Shown here piece by piece: positions 37,912 through 46,872 of a stretch of 64,000 nucleotides of DNA. This DNA comes from a bacterium (GTDB taxonomy: Bacteria > Patescibacteriota > CPR2 > UBA1875 > CAIMLA01). Position 1 is the stretch's first letter; each line of letters opens with the position of its first letter. A model generated the notes under the pieces. The model had not been told where the DNA came from. It saw only the letters and a program-made list of their open reading frames with translations, and made no database searches. A program made the position numbers and the translations under genes. The stretch covers positions 18,793 through 82,792 of the forward strand of contig JBAXUE010000003.1 in NCBI GenBank assembly GCA_037129835.1, read 5' to 3'.

Positions 37912-40311
37912 TTATAAATCATCAATTTGCTTGTTTATTGCAGTTGCCTTATCTTGTTCTTCCACTGTTGCGTGTGCTGGCCCCGCAGCCCTTGTTTCGT
38001 CAATGGTCGCTCTTTTCTCAGCTTCTTCGAACTTTGCCTGTTTGGCTGCTGCAGCCTTTTCTGTTGCGGTTGCCGCCGCCGCCGCATGTGCCGCCGCCGC
38101 TGCTGTTGCTGCCTTTGCGGCATCAATTTGTGCCCTGTTAATAGGCTCTGCTTCTTCTTGTGCCTTAGAAACTTCTTCTATCATCGCTTCTGTTTGGGCT
38201 GCGCTCTTGCTCTTTTCTCTTTTAGCTGATTTTTCAAAGGCGCCAAGAACCTTCTTGCTATCGGCAGTTACCTTGCCGGATCGATCCATGTGTGTAGAAG
38301 CGGCCGCAACTCTAGTATTGATTGTTTCTGTTTGTTCTTGACTAAATTGGCTGAAGTCGGTTACCTGGCTGAAGTCAACTAGGGCCATATGCTCTGGGTT
38401 GATTTTGCCGGTGTTGTCTGTAAATGTCTTTGAAGCATCGAAAATAATATTGTCTGCTTCTGCTCCGGTTTGCAGATCCCCTGGGTTGCTTGCTCGTAAT
38501 TTTTCTGCTCGTCTCTTCTCTGCGGCAAAGTTTTTACCCATGTTTCCAGCCAAAAGATCTTTGTAGTCTTTTCCGTTTGCTCTGATGACCGCAGAGGTTA
38601 CTCTGCTATCGCCCATGTCGCTAGCCTTTCTTTGTAGCCGTCCATTTTTAGCAGTCCATCTGCTTACCTTGCTTCTCTCTTCATCGGTAAGTACTGGGCC
38701 ACCATGATGTGAATTTTCCTCTTTTATGAACAGCTCTTGCATGTCCTTTGTTTTAAAGTCTTTGTAATATTCATCCTTTATTGGCACATCTGTTATTACG
38801 CCGTGTCTATCATATTCATATCCAGCCTCGGTTTCTTTCCCCATATGTGCAAACGCTTGATCACCTTTAAACTTGTAGTCACCATCTTTGTCTGTCAGTA
38901 CTCTGAGCCTCTCTCTGCCCATTGGATCAAAACTAGCTTCTTTGGTAACAAGTTCTTCGTCTCCGGCTTGTCTTTTCTCGGCGTCACCGTCATTAACTCC
39001 CAGAACTATCGCCGAAGCCTTACCAAGAATTCTTTTGCCAAAGTTATCAGAGTTGGCAGCCGCCTCTCCCCCAAGTCCACTATGGACTCTTTCATTCCAA
39101 GGTATACCGCTTTTATTCATAGCTTTTGACCCTTCCTTCATTACCATTCCGCCCAATGACTTTGCCTTGTTTGTTACCATGCCTTGCCCAGCCTTACCTA
39201 TGGCAGCAGCAGCCCCTCCGAGAAATTTGAGAGGTAAAAATATAGCGGCTATGGTAGCAACCAGGCCTGCAAAAAGAAGGTAATATGAAACCGGGTCAAA
39301 AATTTCTATAATAGATTTCGGTGCCCCGCCAGCCATAACATCAATTCCACCCCCCATTCCAAAGCTCTTGGAATTATCTGTTGCCCATGGATATTTTCCG
39401 CCAGTCACAATCTCATCTTGTATAAATTGTTTCCCTTTTTGTGACACCAGGGTCTTAGCAGTCCCCACAAGGCTAGTTTTAGAAGCGCCAAATGTAATCA
39501 ATTGGCCAACAAATAGGACTAATACAAATATTGGTAGGAAAAAGACCCACTTCGTAAATTCCTTCCACCAAGTGCTATATACGCTTTTTGTCCAAGGCAA
39601 CACGTTACAAGCAAAGGCCAGGGGCGCCAGGATGATGCACAGCATCACTACTACCGCCCTGAAAGCAAGCATGGCGCAAGCGCAAATCATAATCAGTAAG
39701 GCTATTATAGCGACAAATATTGAAAGGAAAGCGACCACCACGTTACTCCCTGTACCAATTCCTGAATATGTGGCCATTAGCACTTCAGTCATACTTTGAG
39801 TGCCGATTATTTGATTAACCATAACGCTTGCAAGGTCGTAAATCACAGCAGCAAGAGGACGACTAATAATCATCATAAAGATTGTCAGGGCAAGCTTGGG
39901 AACCATCGCCGAAAGTGTCCATTCCTTTAAGCCAACATTAAAGGTGGTTGCAAAGATGGCGACTAGCAGTGTGACTCCAAAAATAGAATAAGCTATAGTG
40001 TCGGTTGATACTACTAGTTGTTGATACATTGTGTTGGTTGGGTCGGTGCCTACGGTAATTACCATTTTAGACATGAACATAGCGAGGGATAACAGAACAA
40101 AGCCGAAGCCGTAAATCGCTTGAGCAATAGAGGTGAACATGGCGGTAAAAAAGTCGACGATCCAGTCAAGGGGATTTAGAGAGAATCTAGCAGCATAGGA
40201 AAGGCTTGGTGCTAGTAGCACGGTTGCTGCTCCTGCATATACATAGCCACGTTTATAAAATAAGCTTTTTATTTTTGCCCTTGTACGGGACACACTTTGA
40301 GCGATACCCAT
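37912..40311 (-). CDS. VirB6/TrbL-like polytopic membrane protein with long C-terminal soluble tail
   Basis: Multiple TMs with R......LAPLAF....LPWTK....WW..F motif; Ala/charge-rich tail. Confidence 0.8.
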   Translation of the reverse strand: MGIAQSVSRTRAKIKSLFYKRGYVYAGAATVLLAPSLSYAARFSLNPLDWIVDFFTAMFTSIAQAIYGFGFVLLSLAMFMSKMVITVGTDPTNTMYQQLVVSTDTIAYSIFGVTLLVAIFATTFNVGLKEWTLSAMVPKLALTIFMMIISRPLAAVIYDLASVMVNQIIGTQSMTEVLMATYSGIGTGSNVVVAFLSIFVAIIALLIMICACAMLAFRAVVVMLCIILAPLAFACNVLPWTKSVYSTWWKEFTKWVFFLPIFVLVLFVGQLITFGASKTSLVGTAKTLVSQKGKQFIQDEIVTGGKYPWATDNSKSFGMGGGIDVMAGGAPKSIIEIFDPVSYYLLFAGLVATIAAIFLPLKFLGGAAAAIGKAGQGMVTNKAKSLGGMVMKEGSKAMNKSGIPWNERVHSGLGGEAAANSDNFGKRILGKASAIVLGVNDGDAEKRQAGDEELVTKEASFDPMGRERLRVLTDKDGDYKFKGDQAFAHMGKETEAGYEYDRHGVITDVPIKDEYYKDFKTKDMQELFIKEENSHHGGPVLTDEERSKVSRWTAKNGRLQRKASDMGDSRVTSAVIRANGKDYKDLLAGNMGKNFAAEKRRAEKLRASNPGDLQTGAEADNIIFDASKTFTDNTGKINPEHMALVDFSQVTDFSQFSQEQTETINTRVAAASTHMDRSGKVTADSKKVLGAFEKSAKREKSKSAAQTEAMIEEVSKAQEEAEPINRAQIDAAKAATAAAAAHAAAAATATEKAAAAKQAKFEEAEKRATIDETRAAGPAHATVEEQDKATAINKQIDDL

Positions 40312-40377
40312 ATAATCCCCCCCAAACAATTAATAATCATTAACAATAGTTTAAAACATATTACACTTTCAAGCAAT

Positions 40378-40406
40378 AAAAAAGATGCTTCATGTGGAAG
40401 CATCTT
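40378..40406 (-). terminator. Intrinsic terminator between pilin genes and virB6-like gene
   Basis: 10 bp perfect stem AAGATGCTTC/GAAGCATCTT followed by a T-run on the minus strand. Confidence 0.7.
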
Positions 40407-40440
40407 GCGAAGTAATCTTTCGAACCCCTGGTTTGTTTCT

Positions 40441-40791
40441 TTAAAATCGCCCGATGATAAAACCAATAAGACTTACTAGTAGATAAGAGCCAGCAACGAT
40501 AGCTATACCGATAAGGCCAGAGGTAAGTATCTTTTTTGCGGTTGTTGACCTTGTTGGGTCTCCAGCAGAAAGCATGTACATTATACCGCCATAAATAAGG
40601 ACCAGTACGGCAATAGTAAATGTAACCCCCCATACTATGTCATAGATGCTAGTAAGAAAGTGTTGTAGCGTACTGCTACCAAACTGTGTGGTTACTACTG
40701 AAATAGCTTTCGCCATGGTTGTCATTGGTAAAAACAGAGCCGTTATTCCGAGGCCAAGCCCAAAACCGTTTATCATTTTTTGTTTATTCAT
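40441..40791 (-). CDS. VirB2/TrbC-like pilin
   Basis: Signal peptide, two TMs joined by GGIMYMLSAGDP.....AKK. Confidence 0.85.
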   Translation of the reverse strand: MNKQKMINGFGLGLGITALFLPMTTMAKAISVVTTQFGSSTLQHFLTSIYDIVWGVTFTIAVLVLIYGGIMYMLSAGDPTRSTTAKKILTSGLIGIAIVAGSYLLVSLIGFIIGRF

Positions 40792-40849
40792 ATCCACTCC
40801 TTATTATAAAAATATTTTAACATGTGCAGACCCATAGTCAACATCTTTT

Positions 40850-41248
40850 TTATGTAAACAGCGTTGCGAGATACCCAGCGAAGCTCACTAATAGTTTAGA
40901 TCCAGCGATAACAGCAATAGCTATAAAGATATATGTGAGATATTTTTTGGCCGTTGTCGCTCTGTTTGCGTCACCCGCCGAGGTCATATACATAATTCCC
41001 GCCATCACTACCGCCAGCGTGGCTGCAGTAAGAGTGACTCCAAGAAAAATATCAAAAATGTTACTCGTTATGCATGTGACCATTTCTACTCCAGAAATAC
41101 CAGGAGTAGATAGTTCGGTGCAACCCTTATAGAAGGGATTGGAAGAACCGGGGTCTCTGGCAGTCTTGTATGCGTGAGCAATTGTGCCCAACGGAAATAT
41201 TGAAAGAAAGACGGCTATAACAATAAGTAAATTGATTCGTCTTTTCAT
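40850..41248 (-). CDS. VirB2/TrbC-like pilin
   Basis: Signal peptide ending AHA, Cys pair, GIMYMTSAGDANR...AKK; ATGA overlap with upstream pilin. Confidence 0.85.
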   Translation of the reverse strand: MKRRINLLIVIAVFLSIFPLGTIAHAYKTARDPGSSNPFYKGCTELSTPGISGVEMVTCITSNIFDIFLGVTLTAATLAVVMAGIMYMTSAGDANRATTAKKYLTYIFIAIAVIAGSKLLVSFAGYLATLFT

Positions 41249-41613
41249 TTGAAGTTGATGCCCATAAAAGAGAGGATAATCCAAAATGCTGACATCGCGA
41301 ATGCCCCCGTAAACGCTGCAATTATCATTTTTTTACCCTGCTCATACCTTGCGGCGTTACCAATGGAGACGAACATTGTGACCCCACCCAATATCATCAT
41401 TACAAGCGACAGGGTATATAAGATTGGGGCGGCATGACCGGCCATTTTACCAAGAGCTTGTGGCGCGTTGTCTGTATCATCAAATAAGCCGTGATTTAAT
41501 AGACTTCCAGCTAATATATTCGCGGGATAAGTAATAATAAAAGAAAATATTAAGGCATAAACAACATATGATTTTTTTTGCAATTGTTTAAATAGTTTTG
41601 TAATGGTGTGCAC
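41245..41613 (-). CDS. VirB2/TrbC-like pilin
   Basis: GG..MFVSIGN..RYEQGKK.I..A..G pattern; GTG start after a GGGGGG SD. Confidence 0.75.
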   Translation of the reverse strand: MHTITKLFKQLQKKSYVVYALIFSFIITYPANILAGSLLNHGLFDDTDNAPQALGKMAGHAAPILYTLSLVMMILGGVTMFVSIGNAARYEQGKKMIIAAFTGAFAMSAFWIILSFMGINFK

Positions 41614-41730
41614 AGTCGAAACCCCCCTTGATATAAAAAGATTACACAACACCATACAATATTACAAGTATTTTTATTGTTTATTAATACTATTTATCTG
41701 AAAGATTTTCTGTATTATAATTTACACATA

Positions 41731-42189
41731 ATGACATTTGAAATTGAAAAATATTATAAATACAAAAAAGGCCCAATCTGGTATCTAGTCGTAGTGTCGG
41801 TTTTTTCTTTTTTTTCTTTTCGCGCCTATATGGCAAATGATTATTATCAGCTATTTCTTTATGCACTCGTCGCATCTGGTTTATTGGCCTATATATTAAT
41901 TAAGCCTTTGAAAAATAAAGTTGAAATAACAGAAAGCTCTATACATATCGATAAAAATGTTTTTCTCTTTGTTAACATGGACGGCTACATCCTTCTCGAG
42001 GACAAAGAAGTCTATATGTTTCATTTATTTATGAAGAGCAAGTGGAAGCCCACTATCAAGCTGACCTTTCTAAAGGAGCAGAAAAAAGATGTTGATAAAG
42101 TTGACACTTTTCTAGAAAAGAAGCTTAAAGTTTTGGAAAACGAAAAAGAGCCCTCGATGGATTACCTTCAAAGGCTCTTTAGGTTCTAG
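41731..42189 (+). CDS. Two-TM membrane protein with PH-like soluble domain
   Basis: K.K...WY N-terminus, two TMs, beta-rich tail; divergent from the pilins. Confidence 0.6.
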   Translation: MTFEIEKYYKYKKGPIWYLVVVSVFSFFSFRAYMANDYYQLFLYALVASGLLAYILIKPLKNKVEITESSIHIDKNVFLFVNMDGYILLEDKEVYMFHLFMKSKWKPTIKLTFLKEQKKDVDKVDTFLEKKLKVLENEKEPSMDYLQRLFRF

Positions 42190-42214
42190 AATCTAAAGAA
42201 CTTAGTATCGGCAG

Positions 42215-42691
42215 TTAACTTCCGCTAACCTTTATCTTGCGTAGTTTGTGTGTTTCTGCCTTGGGTATTCTGATAGTAAGAATGCCTTTCTTGAAATCTG
42301 CAAGGGCTTCGTCGGCAAGACCCTTTTGCGGCAAGTTTATTGTTCGTGAGAATGATCCCCAGTAGCACTCTTGGGCATGGTATGAGCCAGAGTCTACTTC
42401 CTTGATATCCGCCCTCTCACCTCTGATGATTACCATGTCGTCTGTAACTGTGATGTCGATATTATCACCGTCTACGCCGGCGACCGGAGCCTTAATAACG
42501 ATTTCTTTTGCTGTTTCATAAACGTCAACAGCCAACTGTCCTTCGAGCGTTGTTTCTTCTGGAGCTTCGGTGATGCCGGTATTAACCCAATCATCAGTTA
42601 AAATATTTTCTTCAAGGAAAAAGCTCTCTTCGGTTACTGGGTTTACTGCCGAAGTTTTTTTCTTAATATTTGGTAGTTTTGGTAGCATCAT
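42215..42691 (-). CDS. Hsp20/alpha-crystallin small heat-shock protein
   Basis: VDVYET, IRGER, ECYWGSFSRTI.LP, GILTIRIPK motifs. Confidence 0.92.
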   Translation of the reverse strand: MMLPKLPNIKKKTSAVNPVTEESFFLEENILTDDWVNTGITEAPEETTLEGQLAVDVYETAKEIVIKAPVAGVDGDNIDITVTDDMVIIRGERADIKEVDSGSYHAQECYWGSFSRTINLPQKGLADEALADFKKGILTIRIPKAETHKLRKIKVSGS

Positions 42692-42940
42692 GATATTCCT
42701 CCCGACGACTACAGCCGCCAACCATTTTTAACTTAATAATATTTTCTCACGTTAAGAATAATATAGCAATAACAAATTTCGATAAAAACAGAAATATTTG
42801 AGCACGATTTGGTTAATAATTTAGCGACAGCAATAATAAGGATATAATAATTTTAAACTTAGATTCGCAGTAAATACGCGATAACAAAAATAGTGACAAA
42901 ACATACATTATAGTCTAATATATTCGTGAGGGGGGTGTTT

Positions 42941-43507
42941 ATGGCCTATGTTAGAAAGTGTCTCCGGGATAATGTACGTCGAGTGCTGCTGGTATTACTA
43001 AACGAGGGAGGGGAAGTTCATGAGCTTGATTCTGATCCTCTTGAGGCTAAGAAGGTAACAGAAATCTTTTTAGACGAAGATGGCTACGGTTATAGTCAGT
43101 CAAAGATGCGTCGAGTACTGCGAAGCTTGTCAGATAAAGGCTTTGTCGAGGTAAAATGGAAAAATTCAGGCGTTATAGCATCTTTAACCGAGGCTGGACG
43201 ACTCAGGGCACTCCGTTATAAGGTAGATGAGATCAATATTGAAGTTCCGGCCTGGTGGGATCATCGCTGGAGAATAGTGATGTTTGATGTACCAGAGAGC
43301 CACAAACGCGCGCGCGATTTATTCAAAGAAAAGCTTATGGATTTGGGCTTTGTACAGCTACAAAATAGTGTATACGTTCATCCTGCAGAAAGTCATAACG
43401 AGATAGAGTTTATACGAACGACATACGGCATCAAGGATTATGTAAAAATATTGTTGGTCGATCGTATAGAGGGAGAGTTGGCGCTCAGGAAGCATTTTGG
43501 TCTGTAA
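42941..43507 (+). CDS. PaaX-like winged-helix regulator with Cas2-like C-terminal fold
   Basis: LTEAG wHTH end; WDxxWRIVMFDVPE, LGFVQLQNSVY motifs. Confidence 0.8.
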   Translation: MAYVRKCLRDNVRRVLLVLLNEGGEVHELDSDPLEAKKVTEIFLDEDGYGYSQSKMRRVLRSLSDKGFVEVKWKNSGVIASLTEAGRLRALRYKVDEINIEVPAWWDHRWRIVMFDVPESHKRARDLFKEKLMDLGFVQLQNSVYVHPAESHNEIEFIRTTYGIKDYVKILLVDRIEGELALRKHFGL

Positions 43508-44200
43508 GTGCAACAACTTATTACATATGTGGGCAACGCAGTAGTTGAAGCCGTCTTTCCGCCGAAATGTGACTGCGGTAAGTGGGGCAAGAATATTTGC
43601 AAAGATTGCTTATTTAAGGCCATTATTTATAAAACACCGCTGTGTCCAATATGCGGTAAAATATCACCCCAGAGTAAAACTTGTATTAACTGTAAGAATA
43701 AAAGCAAACTAACTGGCGTTATGATACTTGGGAAACACGATGGGGTCCTAAAGAAATCTATTTGGAGGTTAAAATACGGCTTTAATAAAACAATTTCGAA
43801 AGACCTGGCCTCTATGCTGGTAGATAAATTTGGAGAGGGGATTAGTAAGAAGCGGCCAGTTGTGACATGGGTCCCTGAAACCAAGAAAAAACTCAGATCA
43901 CGTGGCTATAATCAGTCAAAAGAAATAGCGCAGCATTTTGCAGATAAATTACTTCTATGCAGCGGGAGATTACTTGCCAAAAACACAGAGACAAAAAGCC
44001 AGGTAGGGCTCAAAAAAAGAGAACGACTTATGAATGTCACCGGTAGTTTTGACTATGTCGGGCCAAAAGAAATCAATAATAATATAGTGTTGATAATCGA
44101 TGATGTTTATACAACCGGCGCCACACTAGAAGAGTGCGCAAAGGTCCTTCGTAGGGCTGGATATAGAGAAATTTGGGCTATGGTGCTTACCAGAGACTAA
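43508..44200 (+). CDS. comF: ComF family protein (Zn finger + PRTase)
   Basis: FPPKC and CxxC clusters, RGYNQS, IIDDVYTTGATL motifs. Confidence 0.9.
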   Translation: MQQLITYVGNAVVEAVFPPKCDCGKWGKNICKDCLFKAIIYKTPLCPICGKISPQSKTCINCKNKSKLTGVMILGKHDGVLKKSIWRLKYGFNKTISKDLASMLVDKFGEGISKKRPVVTWVPETKKKLRSRGYNQSKEIAQHFADKLLLCSGRLLAKNTETKSQVGLKKRERLMNVTGSFDYVGPKEINNNIVLIIDDVYTTGATLEECAKVLRRAGYREIWAMVLTRD

Positions 44201-44217
44201 ATTTCTCTTTTGAAGGT

Positions 44218-45840
44218 TTATTCTTTGATTACTCGCAGAACTTCGCCAATGGTTGTTACGCCCGAAAGAGACTTGAGCAGGCCATCTTGTTCCATGGTGA
44301 CCATGCCAGATTCAATCGCTTTTTCGCGAACGCTAAATATATTAGCACCTTCAGAAATTAAAATTTGAATATCGCGTTTCATCTCAAGGATTTCAAAAAT
44401 ACCGATGCGTCCTTTGAAACCTAGGTTTTTACATTTATCACAGCCAGCACCGATAGTAAATTTATATGGTGCGATGGGCTTTAACTCTTCTGGCAAGGAG
44501 CTTACTATCCTGGTTATTTCGCCATCTTCAAAAGGTGTTGGTATATATTCTTTTCGACAATCTGGGCAAATAATACGGACTAAACGTTGAGCGATAATGA
44601 GATTCGTTGAGGCGGCAAATAAAGAGGGTTCGTTAACAAGATCTATGTATCTTGAGATAGCCGTGACAGCATCGTTAGCATGAAGTGTAGAAACCATTAG
44701 GTGTCCCGTTAACGCAGCCTGGATAGCAACACTGGCTGTATTGCCATCTCGAATTTCACCAACCATTATTATGTCTGGATCTTCACGAAGTACAGCCTTT
44801 AGTCTCTCAAAAAATGATTCGCCCTCATTTATTTGAGACTGAACAGCACCAACCAGGGTATATTCTACGGGGTCTTCTAGGGTAATAATTTTTACACTTT
44901 CGGTGTTGAGTCTGTTTAATATGGCATAAATCGTGGTTGTTTTGCCAGAACCTGTTGGTCCCACAATAAGGATCATCCCATGTGGTCTATTAAGTGCGTT
45001 TTCGAGCTTTGGTTGATCGTAGGCACCTAAGCCCAAGTCGCTTATATCTAGAGTGGTAGTTTGGGCACTAAATAAACGGATTACTATATCATCGCCGTAC
45101 ATTGTAGGCATGGTCTCGATACGAACCCCGAGCTCAGTATCATTGTAATTTAGAGCAAACCTACCGCCTTGAGGAATTTTTGCATTTAGTTTTAATTCTG
45201 ACTGAAGTTCTACCTGGGATAATACATATTTGTATTGTTTCGCATTTAGGGTGGCGACGTGGTGTAGCGTACCGTCAAGCCTGTATCTAATATAGGTGTC
45301 ACCCTCTCTCGGCTCAACATGGATATCAGAAGCCTTGGACTCAAATGCCATAAAAAGGATAACCTTTAAAAGCTCTTGGACTGGTGTGGCCTGAAGCTTT
45401 GCCTGTAGCTCATCGAATGATTTGATGGTGGCAATATTGGTTAGATCTACAATATTGTCATCTTTGTCGAAGGGAACCTTCTTCTCAATATTCTTATATC
45501 TAGATAAAAATTCTACAAAAGAAGGTTCAGAAATAAGAACGATATTGATTTGAATTAATAGATATTGCTTCTTAAGTTCCTTAAAAAATTCTTCAAAATC
45601 CTTTTCGGCGTCTGTAATGGCGACCGTTAAAATGTTTTCATTATAATCAATAGGGAACGCTGAATATTTAATAACTTCTTCTCGAGAAAAAAAGCTGAGA
45701 ACATCGTTTTGTATATATGCGCCCTTGAGATATACGTATCCGAATCCAATGTCCGCCGCTTTGGCTTTTACGGCTTCTTCTAGGTCTGTTCTATATAAGC
45801 TACCAATCGTCTTGGTAAGTGAATTGTCGTTATTGTTCAA
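44218..45840 (-). CDS. GspE/PulE/PilB-type pilus assembly ATPase
   Basis: ASDIHVEP, GPTGSGKTTT, TLEDPVEY, LREDPDIIMVGEIRD, TGHL..STLH, CxxC..CxxC; likely TTG start after GGAGG. Confidence 0.93.
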   Translation of the reverse strand: MNNNDNSLTKTIGSLYRTDLEEAVKAKAADIGFGYVYLKGAYIQNDVLSFFSREEVIKYSAFPIDYNENILTVAITDAEKDFEEFFKELKKQYLLIQINIVLISEPSFVEFLSRYKNIEKKVPFDKDDNIVDLTNIATIKSFDELQAKLQATPVQELLKVILFMAFESKASDIHVEPREGDTYIRYRLDGTLHHVATLNAKQYKYVLSQVELQSELKLNAKIPQGGRFALNYNDTELGVRIETMPTMYGDDIVIRLFSAQTTTLDISDLGLGAYDQPKLENALNRPHGMILIVGPTGSGKTTTIYAILNRLNTESVKIITLEDPVEYTLVGAVQSQINEGESFFERLKAVLREDPDIIMVGEIRDGNTASVAIQAALTGHLMVSTLHANDAVTAISRYIDLVNEPSLFAASTNLIIAQRLVRIICPDCRKEYIPTPFEDGEITRIVSSLPEELKPIAPYKFTIGAGCDKCKNLGFKGRIGIFEILEMKRDIQILISEGANIFSVREKAIESGMVTMEQDGLLKSLSGVTTIGEVLRVIKE

Positions 45841-45904
45841 AACCCCTCCAGATTTAAAGAAGCCATAAGGGCTACTCGTTACTACCATTATTTTAGCACA
45901 ATTT

Positions 45905-45929
45905 AAAAAATGACCAATAGGTCATTTTT
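45905..45929. terminator. Hairpin downstream of tRNA-Ser(CGA)
   Basis: AAAAATGACC-AATA-GGTCATTTTT. Confidence 0.6.
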
Positions 45930-45941
45930 CGTCATGTTGTT

Positions 45942-46017
45942 CATTCGACTACGCTCAGGACATTCGACTTGCAACCTCTATTGGCTATAGCCATGAACGA
46001 GCTTGCGAGTCGAATGG
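45942..46017. repeat. Cluster of REP-like TTCGACT..CGCTCAGG units
   Basis: CATTCGACTACGCTCAGG at 45942, partial copy at 45961, inverted copy at 45990-46017 overlapping the tRNA CCA. Confidence 0.6.
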
Positions 46018-46104
46018 CGGAGAGGGTGGGATTTGAACCCACGGTGACCTTGCGACCACAACGGTGTTCGAGACCGTCCTATTCAACCGCTCTAGCACCT
46101 CTCC
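46015..46104 (-). tRNA. tRNA-Ser(CGA)
   Basis: GGAGAGG acceptor, ACGGT-CTCGAAC-ACCGT anticodon arm, long variable arm, TTCAAAT T-loop, CCA. Confidence 0.95.
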
Positions 46105-46110
46105 ATATAT

Positions 46111-46674
46111 TTAATTAACGATATATAGGTACACCTCATTTATTTTTTTTGCAGGAACCAACTCGGTAATTTCAAATGCATTAGAAACAATGCGCGTTCC
46201 GGGTTTCAGCTGTTTGTATATGGTCTGATGAAACCTGTTCATTGTGTGCGGGAAAAGATAGCAAAAAACGACATCTGCGTCAGATATATTTTTTTTAAAA
46301 AAGTTGCCCCACAATAATTCTCCCCGAGAAATACCAATCATTCTTCTAAGATAGTAATACAAAACAAGTGGAATTGAAATTTCAAAACCCGTAGCCTTTG
46401 CCCCTAGCATAGTAGCAGCATCGACTATCTTGCCATCTCCAGCACCAAGGTCATACACTCTTTCGCCCTTTTTAATATTACTAATTTCCAGCATTGTTTT
46501 GACCCTAGATTTGTTTGAAGGTACGAACGGTGCCCAATAAAATGTATAAAAGCTAGAGATAAAAAAGAGCATTCCAAATGCGGGTATTATTAATGGCCAA
46601 TATACGTTGAAGGTTTGTGCCAAATAGATACCTATCGCCATTAGTATTAGTTCAAATATTATTTCGGGAACCAT
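46111..46674 (-). CDS. Membrane-anchored class I SAM-dependent methyltransferase
   Basis: APFVPS, YDLGAGDG, ADVVFCYL, LKPGTRIVSNAF motifs. Confidence 0.85.
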   Translation of the reverse strand: MVPEIIFELILMAIGIYLAQTFNVYWPLIIPAFGMLFFISSFYTFYWAPFVPSNKSRVKTMLEISNIKKGERVYDLGAGDGKIVDAATMLGAKATGFEISIPLVLYYYLRRMIGISRGELLWGNFFKKNISDADVVFCYLFPHTMNRFHQTIYKQLKPGTRIVSNAFEITELVPAKKINEVYLYIVN

Positions 46675-46697
46675 TTTTTCTCCTAGATATGATCTAT

Positions 46698-46774
46698 TGG
46701 TGCGCCTGGGAGGATTCGAACCTCCGACCTTACGGACCGCAACCGTACGCTCTAATCCCCTGAGCTACAGGCGC
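46698..46774 (-). tRNA. tRNA-Arg(GCG)
   Basis: GCGCCTG acceptor, TACGG-TTGCGGT-CCGTA anticodon arm, GGTTCGAATCC, CCA. Confidence 0.93.
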
Positions 46775-46832
46775 TTATTATTGACGAGTAAATATCTCAC
46801 AGATTATACTGCACCGCAGTCGATAATTCAAT

Positions 46833-46862
46833 CTTAAAACCGCCCATAAGGGCGGCTTTAAG
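46833..46862 (-). terminator. Hairpin after rubrerythrin
   Basis: CCGCCC-ATAA-GGGCGG core flanked by A/T runs. Confidence 0.6.
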
Positions 46863-46872
46863 TGGTTTGGGT

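Noticed and set aside
37898-38341. Several Ala/Cys/Arg-rich alternative-frame ORFs
   Set aside because: Shadows of the GCN-rich Ala tract in the VirB6-like tail
25753-41613. Integrative conjugative element or prophage lysis cassette
   Set aside because: No integrase, relaxase, coupling protein, holin, phage structural gene or att repeat is seen; the hydrolases have their own signal peptides or TM
42865-42881. Operator palindrome upstream of the paaX-like gene
   Set aside because: TCGC-N9-GCGA is too short and single-copy to support a call
42941-43507. cas2 or CRISPR locus
   Set aside because: The Cas2-like fold is the C-terminal part of a PaaX-like wHTH protein; no repeat-spacer array or other cas gene is visible
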